Assembly (NCBI GenBank): GCA_964016885.1
Contig: OZ024743.1
Span: forward strand, 249,488,001 to 249,552,000
Reading direction: 5' to 3'
Source of the DNA: Eledone cirrhosa
Taxonomy: Eukaryota
DNA: 64,000 nucleotides
Position 1 is the stretch's first letter. Each line of letters opens with the position of its first letter. This document shows, in pieces, positions 1 through 13,809 of the stretch. The notes below the pieces were generated by a model. It was not told the origin of the DNA, ran no database searches, and saw only the letters and a program-made list of their open reading frames with translations. The translations under genes and the position numbers were made by a program.

Positions 1-369
1 ATATCCTGTCCCGCTTCCATTTGTAAGACTTTTTATTGTTATTTCTTAACATTAGTCACTTTGCTGTCTTAATCAAAAGACACTCACTTGTTCTATTTTG
101 TCTCTATGTTGTAGTGTTATCTCGTGCATCTCTCTGGCAGCTTGTTCTAAGCCGTTGTGCAACCTGGACTCAATATTATGCAATATCATCTTTATGCATG
201 AAATTAATTTGCCCAGAGAGTGGCTGAAAAGAATGTCCCATGTATTTCTTTTTCATTTGCAACTTTGCTACATACACACATACCCATATATATATATATA
301 TATATATATTACAGACTTGAGCTGTGATAACATGTATAACCCATCATTCCAGCATAAAGATGCAGATGT

Positions 370-550
370 AATAATTGTTTCTACTTTAGGCACAAGGCCA
401 GCAATTACCCAGTACATTACTGGTACTTTATTTTATCAACCCCGTAAGGATGAAAGGCAAAGTCAACCTCGGCGGGATTTGAACTCAGATCGTAAAGGGA
501 CGTAACTATGCTGGAAAGCATGGCGTCCGACCCTCTACCGATACTGCCAA
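370..550 (-). mobile_element. tRNA-derived SINE, family A (Meta/Sauria-like central domain)
   Basis: Reverse strand has an A-box-like TGGCAGTATCGG, a B-box GAGTTCAAATCC and the core GAGGTTGACTTTGCCTTTCATCCTTACGGGGTTGATAAAATAAAGTACC; many further copies in the window. Confidence 0.8.
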
Positions 551-959
551 ATGATAGAGACAGATGGAGAGAAGGTGTAATATTTAATGATAAATAACAG
601 TGAATAGATCTTTCTGCAGGGTGTATTTATCAATTACAAGATTACAACTCAGATGCAGATTACCAAGATATTTCACAACGTTAATTATTTTTGTCTAGTT
701 TCAATTTTGCTGTGGATTACATCTAAAGACTAACATCATATTGGATGATTCCCCATATATTTCACATAAATGTAGGATTTTTTTTATGTGCAGAGTGTTT
801 TCATTTGTCAAAGTTTATAATTCACAAATCATTATTTGTGAAAGTCTTAGTAAAAGAGTTTCTTTTAAATGAAAGTACATTTGTTGAGAATTCAAGGATA
901 ATAATTTCGGACATATTTCACCATGAAAAATATTGTCCAGTATGTACTTGATGGTGGAC

Positions 960-2767
<1,808 letters not shown>

Positions 2768-3440
2768 CTGTAAAACAAGAAAAGATATGACAATGTAAGA
2801 AGGACACTGAAGATGGAAATGTATGTATGTCATGTATATACTAGCATATTATATATATATATACATATATATATATATTCATTAAAATAGACACCAAATA
2901 CAATTAATAAATTATATGCTGATTTACGAACGTTTCATCCTTTTCCTGGGATTTTTCAAAACCAGTTATTTAATAATAAAGCTTATTATAATCTCACCAA
3001 AGCAATCAACAGCCAGCATTACAGAAAATGTTTACATTTTAAAAAAAATTGGAAATGACGCCATTTAATACATAGCCTTTTGTATTGCTTTTGTAATAAA
3101 TTACTCTATTTTGAGCTGTTTTAACTTCTACACCTATCTCTATAATTTTTAAATTTTGATTTTGTAAAAAAACGATATCTATTTCTTATATATATATATA
3201 TAAGGTAAAAAGCAAGTAAGCTAATCTGGAGGAGAGAAAGGTGATTAGTTATGCAGATGACAAGCCAACAGAAAAAAGATTAGTGGGCACTACAACGCTA
3301 TTAGCTGTCAGTCGAAGCAGCCGATGAAAGCAAAACATCGTTTATTTCCGTATTACTACCACGCATAAGTGGAGTTACTTAAATGAAAAAATTTTTTTTC
3401 ACGCGTTTTTTTTTTTATTTTTATTAAAGCATATAGATGT

Positions 3441-3704
3441 TGTGGTTAGAAAAAGCTATCTCACTTACCGCTTTTCACAGGCGCCGCTAAATTCCACTGC
3501 AGGTACTCCTCTTCCACGTGCGTCCGACTGCTTAACACCGGGAGCTGCCCAAAACGCGTCCTCACCGTATGCTGGTCACCACTCGAGAGAGGCCCTCTCC
3601 TGGCCCTTCCGGTCGAGCATCCTTCCGGTCAAGCACTCAAAAACCCCTTCCGGTCGAGCACTCCCCCTCCGCCCCCGGCCACCGCACGCCACACCATACC
3701 CACA
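3441..3704 (-). repeat. 3' LTR (264 bp)
   Basis: Direct repeat of 6919-7174; three internal CCTTCCGGTC(G/A)AGCA repeats. Confidence 0.92.
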
Positions 3705-3717
3705 CGCCCCCCTGATC

Positions 3718-5814
3718 TCAAGGATCAATTTCCCCCTCGTCCCTCTGCATATGAAAGTCTGCCGTCCAGGTCGGTGGTCTACGACTTCGTTGCGATCTTC
3801 GTAGTATTGGGGCAGGGCTCTGGGTTGCCACCTCATCTTGGGTTTCCTCTTCCTCGGAGTCCGTCGATACAGTGATTCTTCTTACATCCAGGACATGACG
3901 TGGTACCCCGTCCACGGGCACATTGTTCTTTGAATTTACGGCCGTCACCGTTCCCCTTCCCCATTGAGATGTGCACCGTGCATCTGGGGGCTTAACCCAG
4001 ACTTCTTCGCCCACCTGCACGAATGCACTCTCTCTCCCCACTGGCCGTTGTGGTGGCGTGCACGGGTGCCGCCACTCGTATTTGAATACTGCTCTGTGTG
4101 GCACCGATTCCTCGACCTGTCCAACCCGAGGGGACATATTGTACCAGAACACTGCCTCCATTGGTGAAATATGGCCCCGCTCCGCCATTGCCTTGATCGT
4201 CCGGTGGTGTCGCTCCACGATTCCATTCCCGCTCGGCCTGTGCGCCGCTCTGAAGAAACGGTCCACCTTCCATCCATCGAGCATCCCCCTCAGTGCCTCC
4301 GAGCGGAACGCTGCGCTGTTGTCCATCAGCAGTTCATCCACAGGGCCCCGCTCCAAGAACACCTCTCTCAACGTCCGCACGATTTCCTCGGCCGTTCCAG
4401 TCTTCATCTCCCTCCATAGCGCCATTCGACCTGGTCCACAGTCGACCATCGAGAGGTATGTTCCCTGCCGGTAGTGCGTCACGTCCACCGCTAATCGCTT
4501 CCAGTCGCGATCCACTGGGAGGCTTCCCGTTTCGTGTACACCTGGGGCGGGATCAATGGACTGACATCGGACGCAGCCTCTAACCACCACCCGAACACTG
4601 TGTCTGCTAACGTCCGAGTCGATTCTCCTGGCTAGGAACAGGCTCCTATCCACCCCCATGTGGTGCATGTCATGCAACCCCTTCAGGTCTAACTCGGTCA
4701 GCCGACACACGGCAGCTATCTCATCCTCTACCTCCTCCGGCGCTTCCATCCAGGCTTTCTTCACTCTAGTTAAGATGTCCACCCTATTTTTCTCTGAAGG
4801 CACGAACACCACGCTCAGCTTCAGGTCGAACTCGGTGGCCAGCTCTCCTAACGTTCCCAGGCGGCGCTTTATCAGCATCTCCGCCGCGCCTCTCGTTCGC
4901 ACTCTCTTCTCACTGGTGAGCACTGATCTTACCCATCCGAGTACGGTAGCCGAGTCGGTGCGTATCTCGATGGTGCGCAGCCCCCACCGCAGGGCGAGGT
5001 TCACTCCTCTCAACACCGCGTCCAGCTCGGCCACATTGATGTGGCTGCAGTCGTCCTTTTTTCTAAGCCAGGCTGCGTCCTCGACCTCAACACCTCCTAT
5101 CTCCAACGTGACACCCAGCGCTATGCTGCTGGCATCGCACCATACGGTCCCGCTCCGTGATTTGGGAACGTACCAGCGTCCCCGCACTGGGTCGTCGGCC
5201 TTCACCCTCCCCACGATCTCCTGCATCATGGCCACCGTTCTCTCTCCCACTCTGTCACTCCAAGTCACCCCTCCCGCTCGTCTCTTGACATAGCTGCATG
5301 CCGTCCGGAGCCACCCAGCGATCGGGTAGTGACCCACCAGCTTTCCACACACCGAGAAAAGCTCCCACCTATTCATACTTGGGCCCAGTTCCGGAACTTC
5401 GTTTCCCCTCTGGAACACCAAAACGCCCGTCTTATCTCGCCGTAGCCTAAGTCCCAGCGCGGCTCCTCCCTCCAATGCTTCTGATGGCTTCGCAGTCAGT
5501 CCATACCTCCGCAAATGGCCCGTGACCTCCGCCGTCGACACCACCGACTCGTCCACTAGGATGTCGTCAATGTAGGAGTTAGTAGCCCTCTTTATCTTGT
5601 CGGCCCTCCCCAGAGCGGTCTTGAGGACCGCCGCCATGATCTTCGGTGCGGAGCTCAGCCCGAAACCGAGCCTGGTCAAGCAATATGTCCGGCCCTTATA
5701 CCTGACCAGCTGATACCGCCAGAGCTTCTCATCTATATGCAACTGCAAGTAAGCCGACTTTAGATCCACGATCGCTGAACCCCCCGTCATGCGTCTCCAC
5801 TCACGCACCGACAT
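3718..5814 (-). CDS. pol: Pol: N-terminally truncated RT, RNase H, integrase
   Basis: VDLKSAYLQ, LGFGL, YIDD; RNase H WCDAS/ELDAV/TDS; integrase HHCC (HDMHH...CVRC) and D,D,E (AVDVT, LMDNS, GIVER). Confidence 0.93.
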   Translation of the reverse strand: MSVREWRRMTGGSAIVDLKSAYLQLHIDEKLWRYQLVRYKGRTYCLTRLGFGLSSAPKIMAAVLKTALGRADKIKRATNSYIDDILVDESVVSTAEVTGHLRRYGLTAKPSEALEGGAALGLRLRRDKTGVLVFQRGNEVPELGPSMNRWELFSVCGKLVGHYPIAGWLRTACSYVKRRAGGVTWSDRVGERTVAMMQEIVGRVKADDPVRGRWYVPKSRSGTVWCDASSIALGVTLEIGGVEVEDAAWLRKKDDCSHINVAELDAVLRGVNLALRWGLRTIEIRTDSATVLGWVRSVLTSEKRVRTRGAAEMLIKRRLGTLGELATEFDLKLSVVFVPSEKNRVDILTRVKKAWMEAPEEVEDEIAAVCRLTELDLKGLHDMHHMGVDRSLFLARRIDSDVSRHSVRVVVRGCVRCQSIDPAPGVHETGSLPVDRDWKRLAVDVTHYRQGTYLSMVDCGPGRMALWREMKTGTAEEIVRTLREVFLERGPVDELLMDNSAAFRSEALRGMLDGWKVDRFFRAAHRPSGNGIVERHHRTIKAMAERGHISPMEAVFWYNMSPRVGQVEESVPHRAVFKYEWRHPCTPPQRPVGRESAFVQVGEEVWVKPPDARCTSQWGRGTVTAVNSKNNVPVDGVPRHVLDVRRITVSTDSEEEETQDEVATQSPAPILRRSQRSRRPPTWTADFHMQRDEGEIDP

Positions 5815-6110
5815 TGTTCACCGTGACGCCCCCTAGACGGCCAATCGCGTCCATGCCCATAACCACGCCGATCCCATCCACCACACTGTCTACCACGATG
5901 GCGGAAAGCCTTATCGTCCTTCCCCGTACCGCTATTTCCATCTCGCTGCGACCTCGGCATTCAATTTTCCTGCCGTCGACTGCCCTTACGCTGCTCTTCC
6001 CTCCCCACCTCTGCGGTCACCAGTGTCGTCGTACAGCCCGTATCCACGAGGGCTCGCTGTGGCTTCCCCCTCACGAAGACTTCCACCACCGGCAGCGCCG
6101 CTCCTCGTAA
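5815..6110 (-). CDS. Retroviral-type aspartic protease region (no ATG; absent from the ORF track)
   Basis: Manual translation gives ALPVVEVFVRGKPQRALVDTGCTTTLV ... VVMGMDAIGRLGGV. Confidence 0.85.
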
Positions 6111-6849
6111 GGGGCAACTACCGGCGCAGTAGTTCCCCTTGGACCGTTTCCCTGGTCGCAGTTAGTAGCGATGTGGCCTGGTCGCTTACACCGGTAGCAG
6201 ATTATATCCGGCTTCGACTCTCTACAGTCTCTAGCCATATGCGGGCCCTGACACCTAAAACAGCGGCCCTTAAATTCTCGCGAACGGCCGCGTGCCGAGG
6301 TTGCCTCCCTTTGACCATTTCGCTGCCAGGTGTCCTGAGCCTCCGTAGTCGCTATCGCCGCGACACTCTTTTTGGCATCTTCCGCTATGATCCGGGCTTG
6401 TTCCACCAGTGAACGCATTTCCATCTCCTTGTACCCCAGGACTTGCTGCAATTTCACCGCTATGTCGTCCGGAAATCCATTGATGAATGCCAACCGCACC
6501 GTGCGTTCGCATTCTGCCTGGTAGCCAACCGCCTTATTTCCGCTGCGAAAATGTCGACGCGCTCACCATTCCACCTGATTCTCGCCAGCTTAACAAAAGC
6601 CGCCAACGGTCCCTCGGCGAATGCATCCATCAGACGCCTCTCAATCTTCTGCACATCTCTTTGGCTGTGCTCGTCCAACTCAAGGAAGAGTACCAACGCG
6701 TCGCCCTCGAGGTACAATGCAATGAGACCGGCCACGTCTTCTATCTTCTGCAAGCCCGTGACCAGCCGAACCTTCCGCAGCCAAGCGACAACATCACCTT
6801 CCCCGGTGAATGGCCTGATAGCTTCGTTCATCCGTAGTCTTGTCGCCAT
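6071..6849 (-). CDS. gag: Gag with two CCHC zinc knuckles; frameshift near 6500
   Basis: PFTGEGDVVAWL at the N-terminus; CFRCQGPHMARDC and CYRCKRPGHIATNC. Confidence 0.88.
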
Positions 6850-6918
6850 CTTCTGATTTGTTTTGCGGCAAGTGTTTTCTTTTTCTTTTTTTTTCTTTTT
6901 TCAGTCGCCGAAATAGCT

Positions 6919-7174
6919 TGTGGTTAGAAAAAGCTATCTCACTTACCGCTTTTCACAGGCGCCGCTAAATTCCACTGCAGGTACTCCTCTTCCACGTGCG
7001 TCCGACTGCTTAACACCGGGAGCTGCCCAAAACGCGTCCTCACCGTATGCTGGTCACCACTCGAGAGAGGCCCTCTCCTGGCCCTTCCGGTCGAGCATCC
7101 TTCCGGTCAAAGACCCCTTCCGGTCGAGCACTCCCCCTCCGCCCCCGGCCACCGCACGCCACACCATACAGACA
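6919..7174 (-). repeat. 5' LTR (256 bp)
   Basis: Direct repeat of 3441-3704 with one indel of about 8 bp and 2 mismatches at the terminus. Confidence 0.92.
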
Positions 7175-7297
7175 GATGTAAGTGGAGTTACTTAAATGAA
7201 TATATAGGTGGCCCTTAAAAGGGCCAAATTAGAATATACCGCTGCGTATTTACAGTTTTACTAGTTACACATACACACTCACACACATATATATACA

Positions 7298-7376
7298 CAC
7301 GGTGTCCCCTCCAAAATATATACACACTTTGATTACTTTGCTGTTGAAGTGTGTATACATTTTTTGGGACACTGTG
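7298..7376. mobile_element. About 80-bp Tc1/mariner-type MITE (hairpin)
   Basis: CACGGTGTCCC...AAAATATATACACACTT pairs with AAGTGTGTATACATTTT...GGGACACTGTG. Confidence 0.65.
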
Positions 7377-7378
7377 TT

Positions 7379-7430
<52 letters not shown>

Positions 7431-8071
7431 GGGAAGGGAGAAATTTTTGGATGCTATACCTGACATAATAAAAAACCAAATTACACCCCCCTAACATTTG
7501 TCGGAATATCAATCACGAGAGTAGATAAATAAATATATAAATACATAAATAAGAAATGATAGAAAAGGAAAAGAAAATCCCTACATTATGTAATATTCCC
7601 AGTCACCCCTAAATTTTCCCTAAATTTCAAAACCGGGAGGGGAAAGTCCGAGGGTTAAAATCCCAAATGTTGGTACCTCAAATACTAGTGTATCCCTTCG
7701 CATTACAGTTTAAAGCAATACATATGATTGCTTTGATGACTCTTATTCGTTTCTAAGGGTCTCGTTTTTTTCTCTTTCTATCATATATATAAATATATTA
7801 TATAAGTCAAAATCGTAGTACTGGTCGTTATGGTATGTGTGTGTTTCTGCGTATATATATATACGTATTCACATATTTAGAGGTAATATCACGTGAATAC
7901 TATCACGTGACAAATCACATTATTCTTTCAAAAGGAAAAGTTTGGCGCCATTTTTCTCCAGGGAATAGCGCGTCAACAAACGCAAGAGAAAAGAAGAAGC
8001 AAAAGATAAGAAAACGGTAAATAATATCAGTTTCCATTTATTAATATATTGTATATATATGTATGTATATA

Positions 8072-9137
8072 AAGTGGTGGAAATAAGGAAATAAGTATAA
8101 GACACCCCATTAAATTGTTAATAATTTTCTTATTACTGCACAAATTCCTTTGAAAATTTGTGTGTGGAACATAGATCCTATGGGAATCGGTATACATATT
8201 CGATTTTATTAAAACTTTCCACGAAAAAAAATTCTCAACAAAACTACGTTTTAGAGGGTGGAAATAAGTATAAGACAGTTTTGAAAATATGTATTTAGCA
8301 ACAAAATGGTACAAATTTTAGTATTTACATTTATTCGGGCCCATCCAAATTAAACTTTTTCTCGTCAGAAAATACCACGGTTTCCCATTTATCCTTTGCC
8401 CATGTTACTTTCTCCTTTACCCAATCTACACGCTTCTTCTTGTGTTCAGCAGTTAAAGCAGGAGCCATCTTCCTCTTTCGATATATGAAATTTGGCGAAT
8501 CATGGAGAATTTGACGAACTCTTCTTGGAGACAAGGGCAAATTCTGAGATTGTTACAGGTCTCTTGAGCTTGACTGTCCCTTAGAACCTTCTCGAAAAAG
8601 TCGATGCCTGGCTGCATCTGTAATTTTAGGTGGACGGCCTGGTCGTTTTTTGGTGCCATACGATTCAGTGTCCTTTAGATAATTTCTCACAACTGTTCGG
8701 GACCTCGACAGTTCTCTTGCAATGAAACTAATAGATTTTCCTTCCAAGTTATAGGCAGAAATTTGCCCTTTTTCATTTTCATTAAGGTGAGAGTTCCTCG
8801 GCATTTGCAGTGACTTTATGCAATGTTTAATTAGGAATCACGTGGCTTATAATCATGATAAGAGTTGTTTACAATATGCGCATGCACTTATTCTTTCTTT
8901 GGCACTCAGAAGTAATCCGGAAATACGAATTTCCTAAACTGTCTTATACTTATTGCAACCCTCGAAAACGTAGTTTTGTTAAGAACTTTTTTTTCGTGGA
9001 AAGTTTTTATAAAAGCGAATATGTATACCGATTCCCATAGGATCTATGTTCCACACACAAATTTTCAAAGGAATTTGTGCAGTAATAAGAAAATTATTAA
9101 CAATTTAATGGGGTGTCTTATACTTATTTCCACACTT
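8072..9137 (-). mobile_element. Tc1/Tc3-like transposon, internal deletion derivative with about 215-bp IR/DR-type TIRs
   Basis: TIRs 8072-8285 and about 8930-9137, each with the direct repeat AATAAGTATAAGACA at both ends; TA flanks; transposase pieces 8804-8553 (HTH, RPGRPPK) and 8540-8331 (WETVVFSDEKKFNLDGP) stop after the first catalytic D. Confidence 0.92.
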
Positions 9138-9149
9138 TATATATATATA

Positions 9150-10760
9150 ATGAGAATCTAAATTATGTTAATTTTAAATCTAACCACCCCACTAACATTA
9201 AAAATGCTATAGTTAGTAATATTGGAAAAAAAATATCAAACCTATCATCTAATAAAAAATATCTTTGATGCCAATGCCAATTACTATAATAATGCGCTTT
9301 CTAAAGCCGGTTATCCTGATAAAATCAAATACAGTAAAGAAACCAATCCTAGAAGATCTTACAGTAAAATAATTAATTATGATCATTCCAATAACATAAA
9401 TAAAAGACCTAGATACAAAAATATAATCTGGTATAATGCTCCTTTCTCTATTTCTATTAATAATAATATTCCTAAATTATTCTTTAGTGCCTTAAATAAA
9501 TGCTTCCCTCCCTCACATATCTATAGTAAAATATTTAACAAACATACAATAACATTTTCCTATTCCACCTCCTCCAACATCTCCAACATTATCTCTAAAC
9601 ACAACAATAAAATATTAAATACTAAATCACTTCCTTGCAACACTGAATGTCATAATAATAGCAGTAGTACTCCCGACGTCATTGTTAACTCTAGGCTAGT
9701 TTCTGCAAACTCAAATACGACGTCAAACGTAACTTCGTCAAATGTTCTTAATACCAATCTAAATCAGGAAACTATTATTCCTATCGTAAATAACTTCTCC
9801 AATCCAATTCCTCCTATAGATAACACTAGGTCACTTGTTAATAACTCTGTTAATTTCTCTAATCGCAATTGTAATTGCCCTGTTAAAAATAAATGTCCTC
9901 TCAACAACCATTGTCTTGAAAAAAACTTAGTTGTTGAAGAATATATGAAACTTAGATGTTGAAGAATATATGAAAGAACTGCTTGATTCTTCTGACTCCC
10001 AAGTACAGATATTTCTAAATCATTTACTTAAAGAATGGAAGACACCTGTGATAAAACAACTTGTCAACTCTAAACAGTCGAACAAACAAACCAGTGCCAG
10101 TAATTCTAATAATCGACAAAAAACTCAGACACTACCATCTAAACTTTCCAACAATACAGAAACTTCCAAAAATATACCCATCTTTCTATCTTATTTCAAT
10201 ATTATTTATTATACATTATATAATACTAGTTACTGATTCTATATCATTCCTATTTATCACTTTCCTTTCTTCCTCTTTTCTTTAAATTTCTAACCTCTAA
10301 TCTGTACTTTTTCTTCCTAATTACTTCTCAATTATTATTACTCACCACAACATATCCACTCTTCCATCTTTCTTCATATCATTGGCCATAAAATGTATTA
10401 TAACCTTTTAAATACTTTAAAAATCCTTCGTAAACATAAACATTTTTTTGACGTTAGATTATTCCTCCTCAGTTCATTATATTTTTCTCCCTTTCATGCT
10501 CGTCTGACTTTTACATATCACACATCACAATACATAAAAACAAACTTAAACCCTAACTAGTTGAAAATTGTAAACTTGACTGTTACCACAGAATATGAAC
10601 CTGAAGATTGCGAAAGCATGAAATTACTTGTTCAATTAACACTTAACACTTAATATTCTACCATACTATTTCATTCTAATACCATTATAATTTTAAAGGA
10701 TTGTAAATAAAACGAGTAAATCAGACAAAGTTGGAATTCCTTTTATTAATATAATCTTCT
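9150..10760 (+). mobile_element. Penelope-like element fragment (RT thumb, Cys-rich linker) with HHR-bearing 3' tail
   Basis: SNHP...YYNNALSKAGY, NIIWYNAPFS, FSYS, CNCPVKNKCPLNNHCL; GIY-YIG domain lost; HHR core at 10596-10634. Confidence 0.75.
10596..10634 (+). ncRNA. Minimal type I hammerhead ribozyme-like motif
   Basis: TGAAC-CTGAAGA-tTGC gaaa GCAt-GAAA-ttac-TT-GTTCA. Confidence 0.6.
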
Positions 10761-11027
10761 ATACACAATCATACACACCCGTGTATATTTATTTATATAC
10801 ATATTTATATGTATATATATATATATAGCTTTTAAGCTATTTTGTAGTATCTCTGTTCTGGAACACACCACTTATATTAAATTTATCTCCCTGGAGCTTT
10901 GTAAAAGTCTGAGAGATTGGCTACATATATGTTTTATATATATATATATTTTTTTGTTTAGATGGAAGACAAAACAAAGAAGATGAATACAAAGATGAAG
11001 ATAAAGATAAAGATGAAGAACCTCACT

Positions 11028-13750
11028 GCACCACACCACACCGCACCACATCACACTTCACCACACCACATAAAAACATACAACACTACACCACACCACA
11101 ACACAACACACCACTCAACACCACAACACAACACACCACTCCACACCACAACACAACACACCACTCATCACTACAACACACCACACTACTCCACATAAAA
11201 ACACACCACACTACTCCACACCACATAACACCCAACATTTTTTCCTCATCTTTTTTTCATGTGTTATCAACTAATCTGATCTCCAAGATGTTTGTTATTG
11301 ACTCTCTCTTCATGGAAAACTTAGGTGGATGCACTTCTCTCATTTAACCCCAGAGTTTTCTCTAAGATTTTTTTGTATGTTATCAACGGATATGACCTCC
11401 AAAACAGTTGGAAATGATTAGTTGTTCTAGAAAAAAGGAGGGGTAAAGCAGGTGGAAAAACCATTGTCGTTTTGTAGATATATACCCTAATGATTTTTCT
11501 TTGGTTTCCTTTTGAGTGCTATCAACTAATCTGACCTTTTAGTTGCTCTGAATCAATTTTTTTTTCCTAGGATTTGGAAACTAAAACTAAATAAAACATA
11601 AAATTAAATCTAGCCCCAACCCTAAACTCTAAATCTAAACCAAACCAAGCTAAATCTAAATCTAAACATTACCCCCAACCCTTAAACTATACCCCAACCA
11701 TAAAACTAAACCCTAAACATTACCCCAACCCTAAAACTAAACCCTAAACTTTACCCCAAACCTAAAACTAAACCCCAAACCTAAAACTAAACCCTAAACT
11801 TTACCCCAAACCTAAAATTAAACCCTAAACATTACCCCAACCCTAAAACTAAACCCTAAACTTTACCCCAACCCTAAACCCTAAACCTAACCCGGGGAAA
11901 TAAGTTGATTGGAAGCATCTAGGAGGTCAGATTAATTACTAGCACTGGAAATAGCACAGGAAATATACCGAAAATGATTAAGTCCCACAACATGTGAGGG
12001 GGGTGTAGATCTGCAAAACTCTTTCCCTCTCCTCTTTCTCCAAAGCTAGTTGTTTTTGACTGGTTTGGAAGTCATATTTAGTGATAACGCATGAAAATAG
12101 AATCAAAGAGAAAATTCTGAGTAAGCAGGGGTTATTCGGATGAAGGGGGAACCACCTCTCCCCGCCGTTTTCCTGGGGGTAAAAAGTCAGTTTCAAGCAT
12201 CTTGGAGATTGGATTAGTTGATAGCACATGAAAAATAGGATGAAAAAATTTCACATCACATCACACCACACGCCATCACATCACACCACGTCTCGTCTCG
12301 CCTCATTTCACCATGCCACGCCACATCACATCACATTTCACCACGCCACATCACATGCCATCAGACCACGTGCTACCACACTACATCCCACCACACTCCA
12401 CTACACCATATCCCAACCCTACATTGAACCACACTCCACTACACCACTGTCCACTACACTAAACCACACTCCACTACACTACACCACACCACTGTCCACT
12501 ACACTAAACCACACCACACTACACCACTGTCTATTCGACTGTTTTCTATTTCGTAGGTATGTCCAGTTACAGTAAGAGAAAGAAAGTTATTTCAAAGTTT
12601 CTGAGTAAGTAAACACTTCATTGACCATCATTTTAAGCAGAATCTCAGTGTAGTTTTAAATTGACCTTTTCATATGATTACACCTCAGTCTTAACTTAAT
12701 CACCTGTAGATGGATGCTACATGTAATGTTAAAATTAGTTAAACACTGTTTCCCCCTTCTCATCACATGTGGATGCTACATGTGTATTGTTAACATTAAT
12801 CTAACGTTGTGTCCCCCCCGCCTCACCATATCATACCACACCACATCACACCATGTTGTACCACACCAGACCACATAACACCATGCTATACCATATATAT
12901 ATATATATATGAACTCCCCACTCGTTATATTAACTGTATCTCCTCGGTGTTTCGTGAAACTCTGAGAGATCAGCTATATATTTGTTTACAATTTTTTTTT
13001 ATATTTAGATGGAAAAGAAGAAAAAGACGACGAAGCAGACGACTAAAATGAAAATGACAACAAAGACAAAGAAGACACGGGAAACGAAGATGACGAAAAG
13101 AAGAAGAAAGTATGATCTCAGTTCAGTCTAAACCTAATGATTTATAGATATGATCTTAGTTCCGTCTTAATCTAATGACCTGTAGATACGATGTATTTAG
13201 GTTTAACTTAAACATTCAAAGATATTTGTATATACTTTTGTTGATGTTTGACATTGTTTTTTAGTTATGAAATAGCTTATAAGCTACATTATAGGATCAC
13301 AGTGCATGAGCACACTGCTCTTTAAATTAACTTTATCTCCTTAGCACTTTGTAAAGTCTGAAAGTCTGAGAGATAGGCAACATATATGTTTTACATTCTT
13401 TGTTTTTGGTATTTAGATGGCAGAGGAAAAGATAAAGACACAGAAGACGTCAAAAGCACAGAAGAAAACAAAAAAGAAAATGAACAAGAAGAACAATTAT
13501 TATTACTATTATTATTATTATTTGTATTATTATAATCAAACTAAGCCACACTACATCAACCTATACCATACCACACCACACTGACAAACATTATACCATA
13601 CCACATTATCCAACACCACACTACGAAACACTGTACGACCTCACATCAGACCATGCTATGAAACAATATACCATACTACACTATACAACAATAGACAACA
13701 CCACACAAGACTATGAAACACTATACTTTACCACACTATATCACACCACT
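11028..13750. repeat. Degenerate (ACACC)n-like pentamer tracts (11028-11235, 12250-12530, 12820-12890, 13545-13750) interleaved with modular repeats
   Basis: Direct reading of the sequence. Confidence 0.8.
11580..11892. repeat. Degenerate CCCTAA/CCTAAA telomere-like tract with a higher-order unit of about 30 bp
   Basis: Repeats of ccctaaaactaaaccctaaac(a/t)ttacccca. Confidence 0.8.
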
Positions 13751-13809
13751 CAAGTTAGAGAGGATCAACTTTTTTCCTGAAAAGTAGAAAACCTAACTTT
13801 AAAAATAAC

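Larger units (their letters stand above)
3441..7174 (-). mobile_element. Ty3/Gypsy LTR retrotransposon, young, internally deleted
   Basis: Two near-identical LTRs, TG...CA termini, 5-bp TSD GATGT (3436-3440 and 7175-7179), gag-PR-RT-RH-IN order, G-rich PPT at about 3705-3713, much higher GC than the host. Confidence 0.95.
3286..7235. mobile_element. Partial MITE (TIR GGCACTACAACGCTATTAGCTGTCAGTC) split by the LTR element; MITE parts are 3286-3440 and 7175-7235
   Basis: Joining the two flanks reproduces the uninterrupted copy at about 33533-33600. Confidence 0.8.

Noticed and set aside
2915-2965. Decayed HHR-like motif (minus: TTGAAAA-ATCC..GGAT-GAAA-CG-TT); a similar trace lies at about 35010-35065
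   Set aside because: Core has several mismatches and no convincing helix I
3442-7195. Plus-strand ORFs across the LTR element (for example 4658-5293, 3442-3804)
   Set aside because: Antisense shadows of GC-rich pol/gag/LTR sequence with no motifs
11580-11892. True telomere or chromosome fusion site
   Set aside because: Repeats are degenerate, in a single orientation and embedded in a modular repeat
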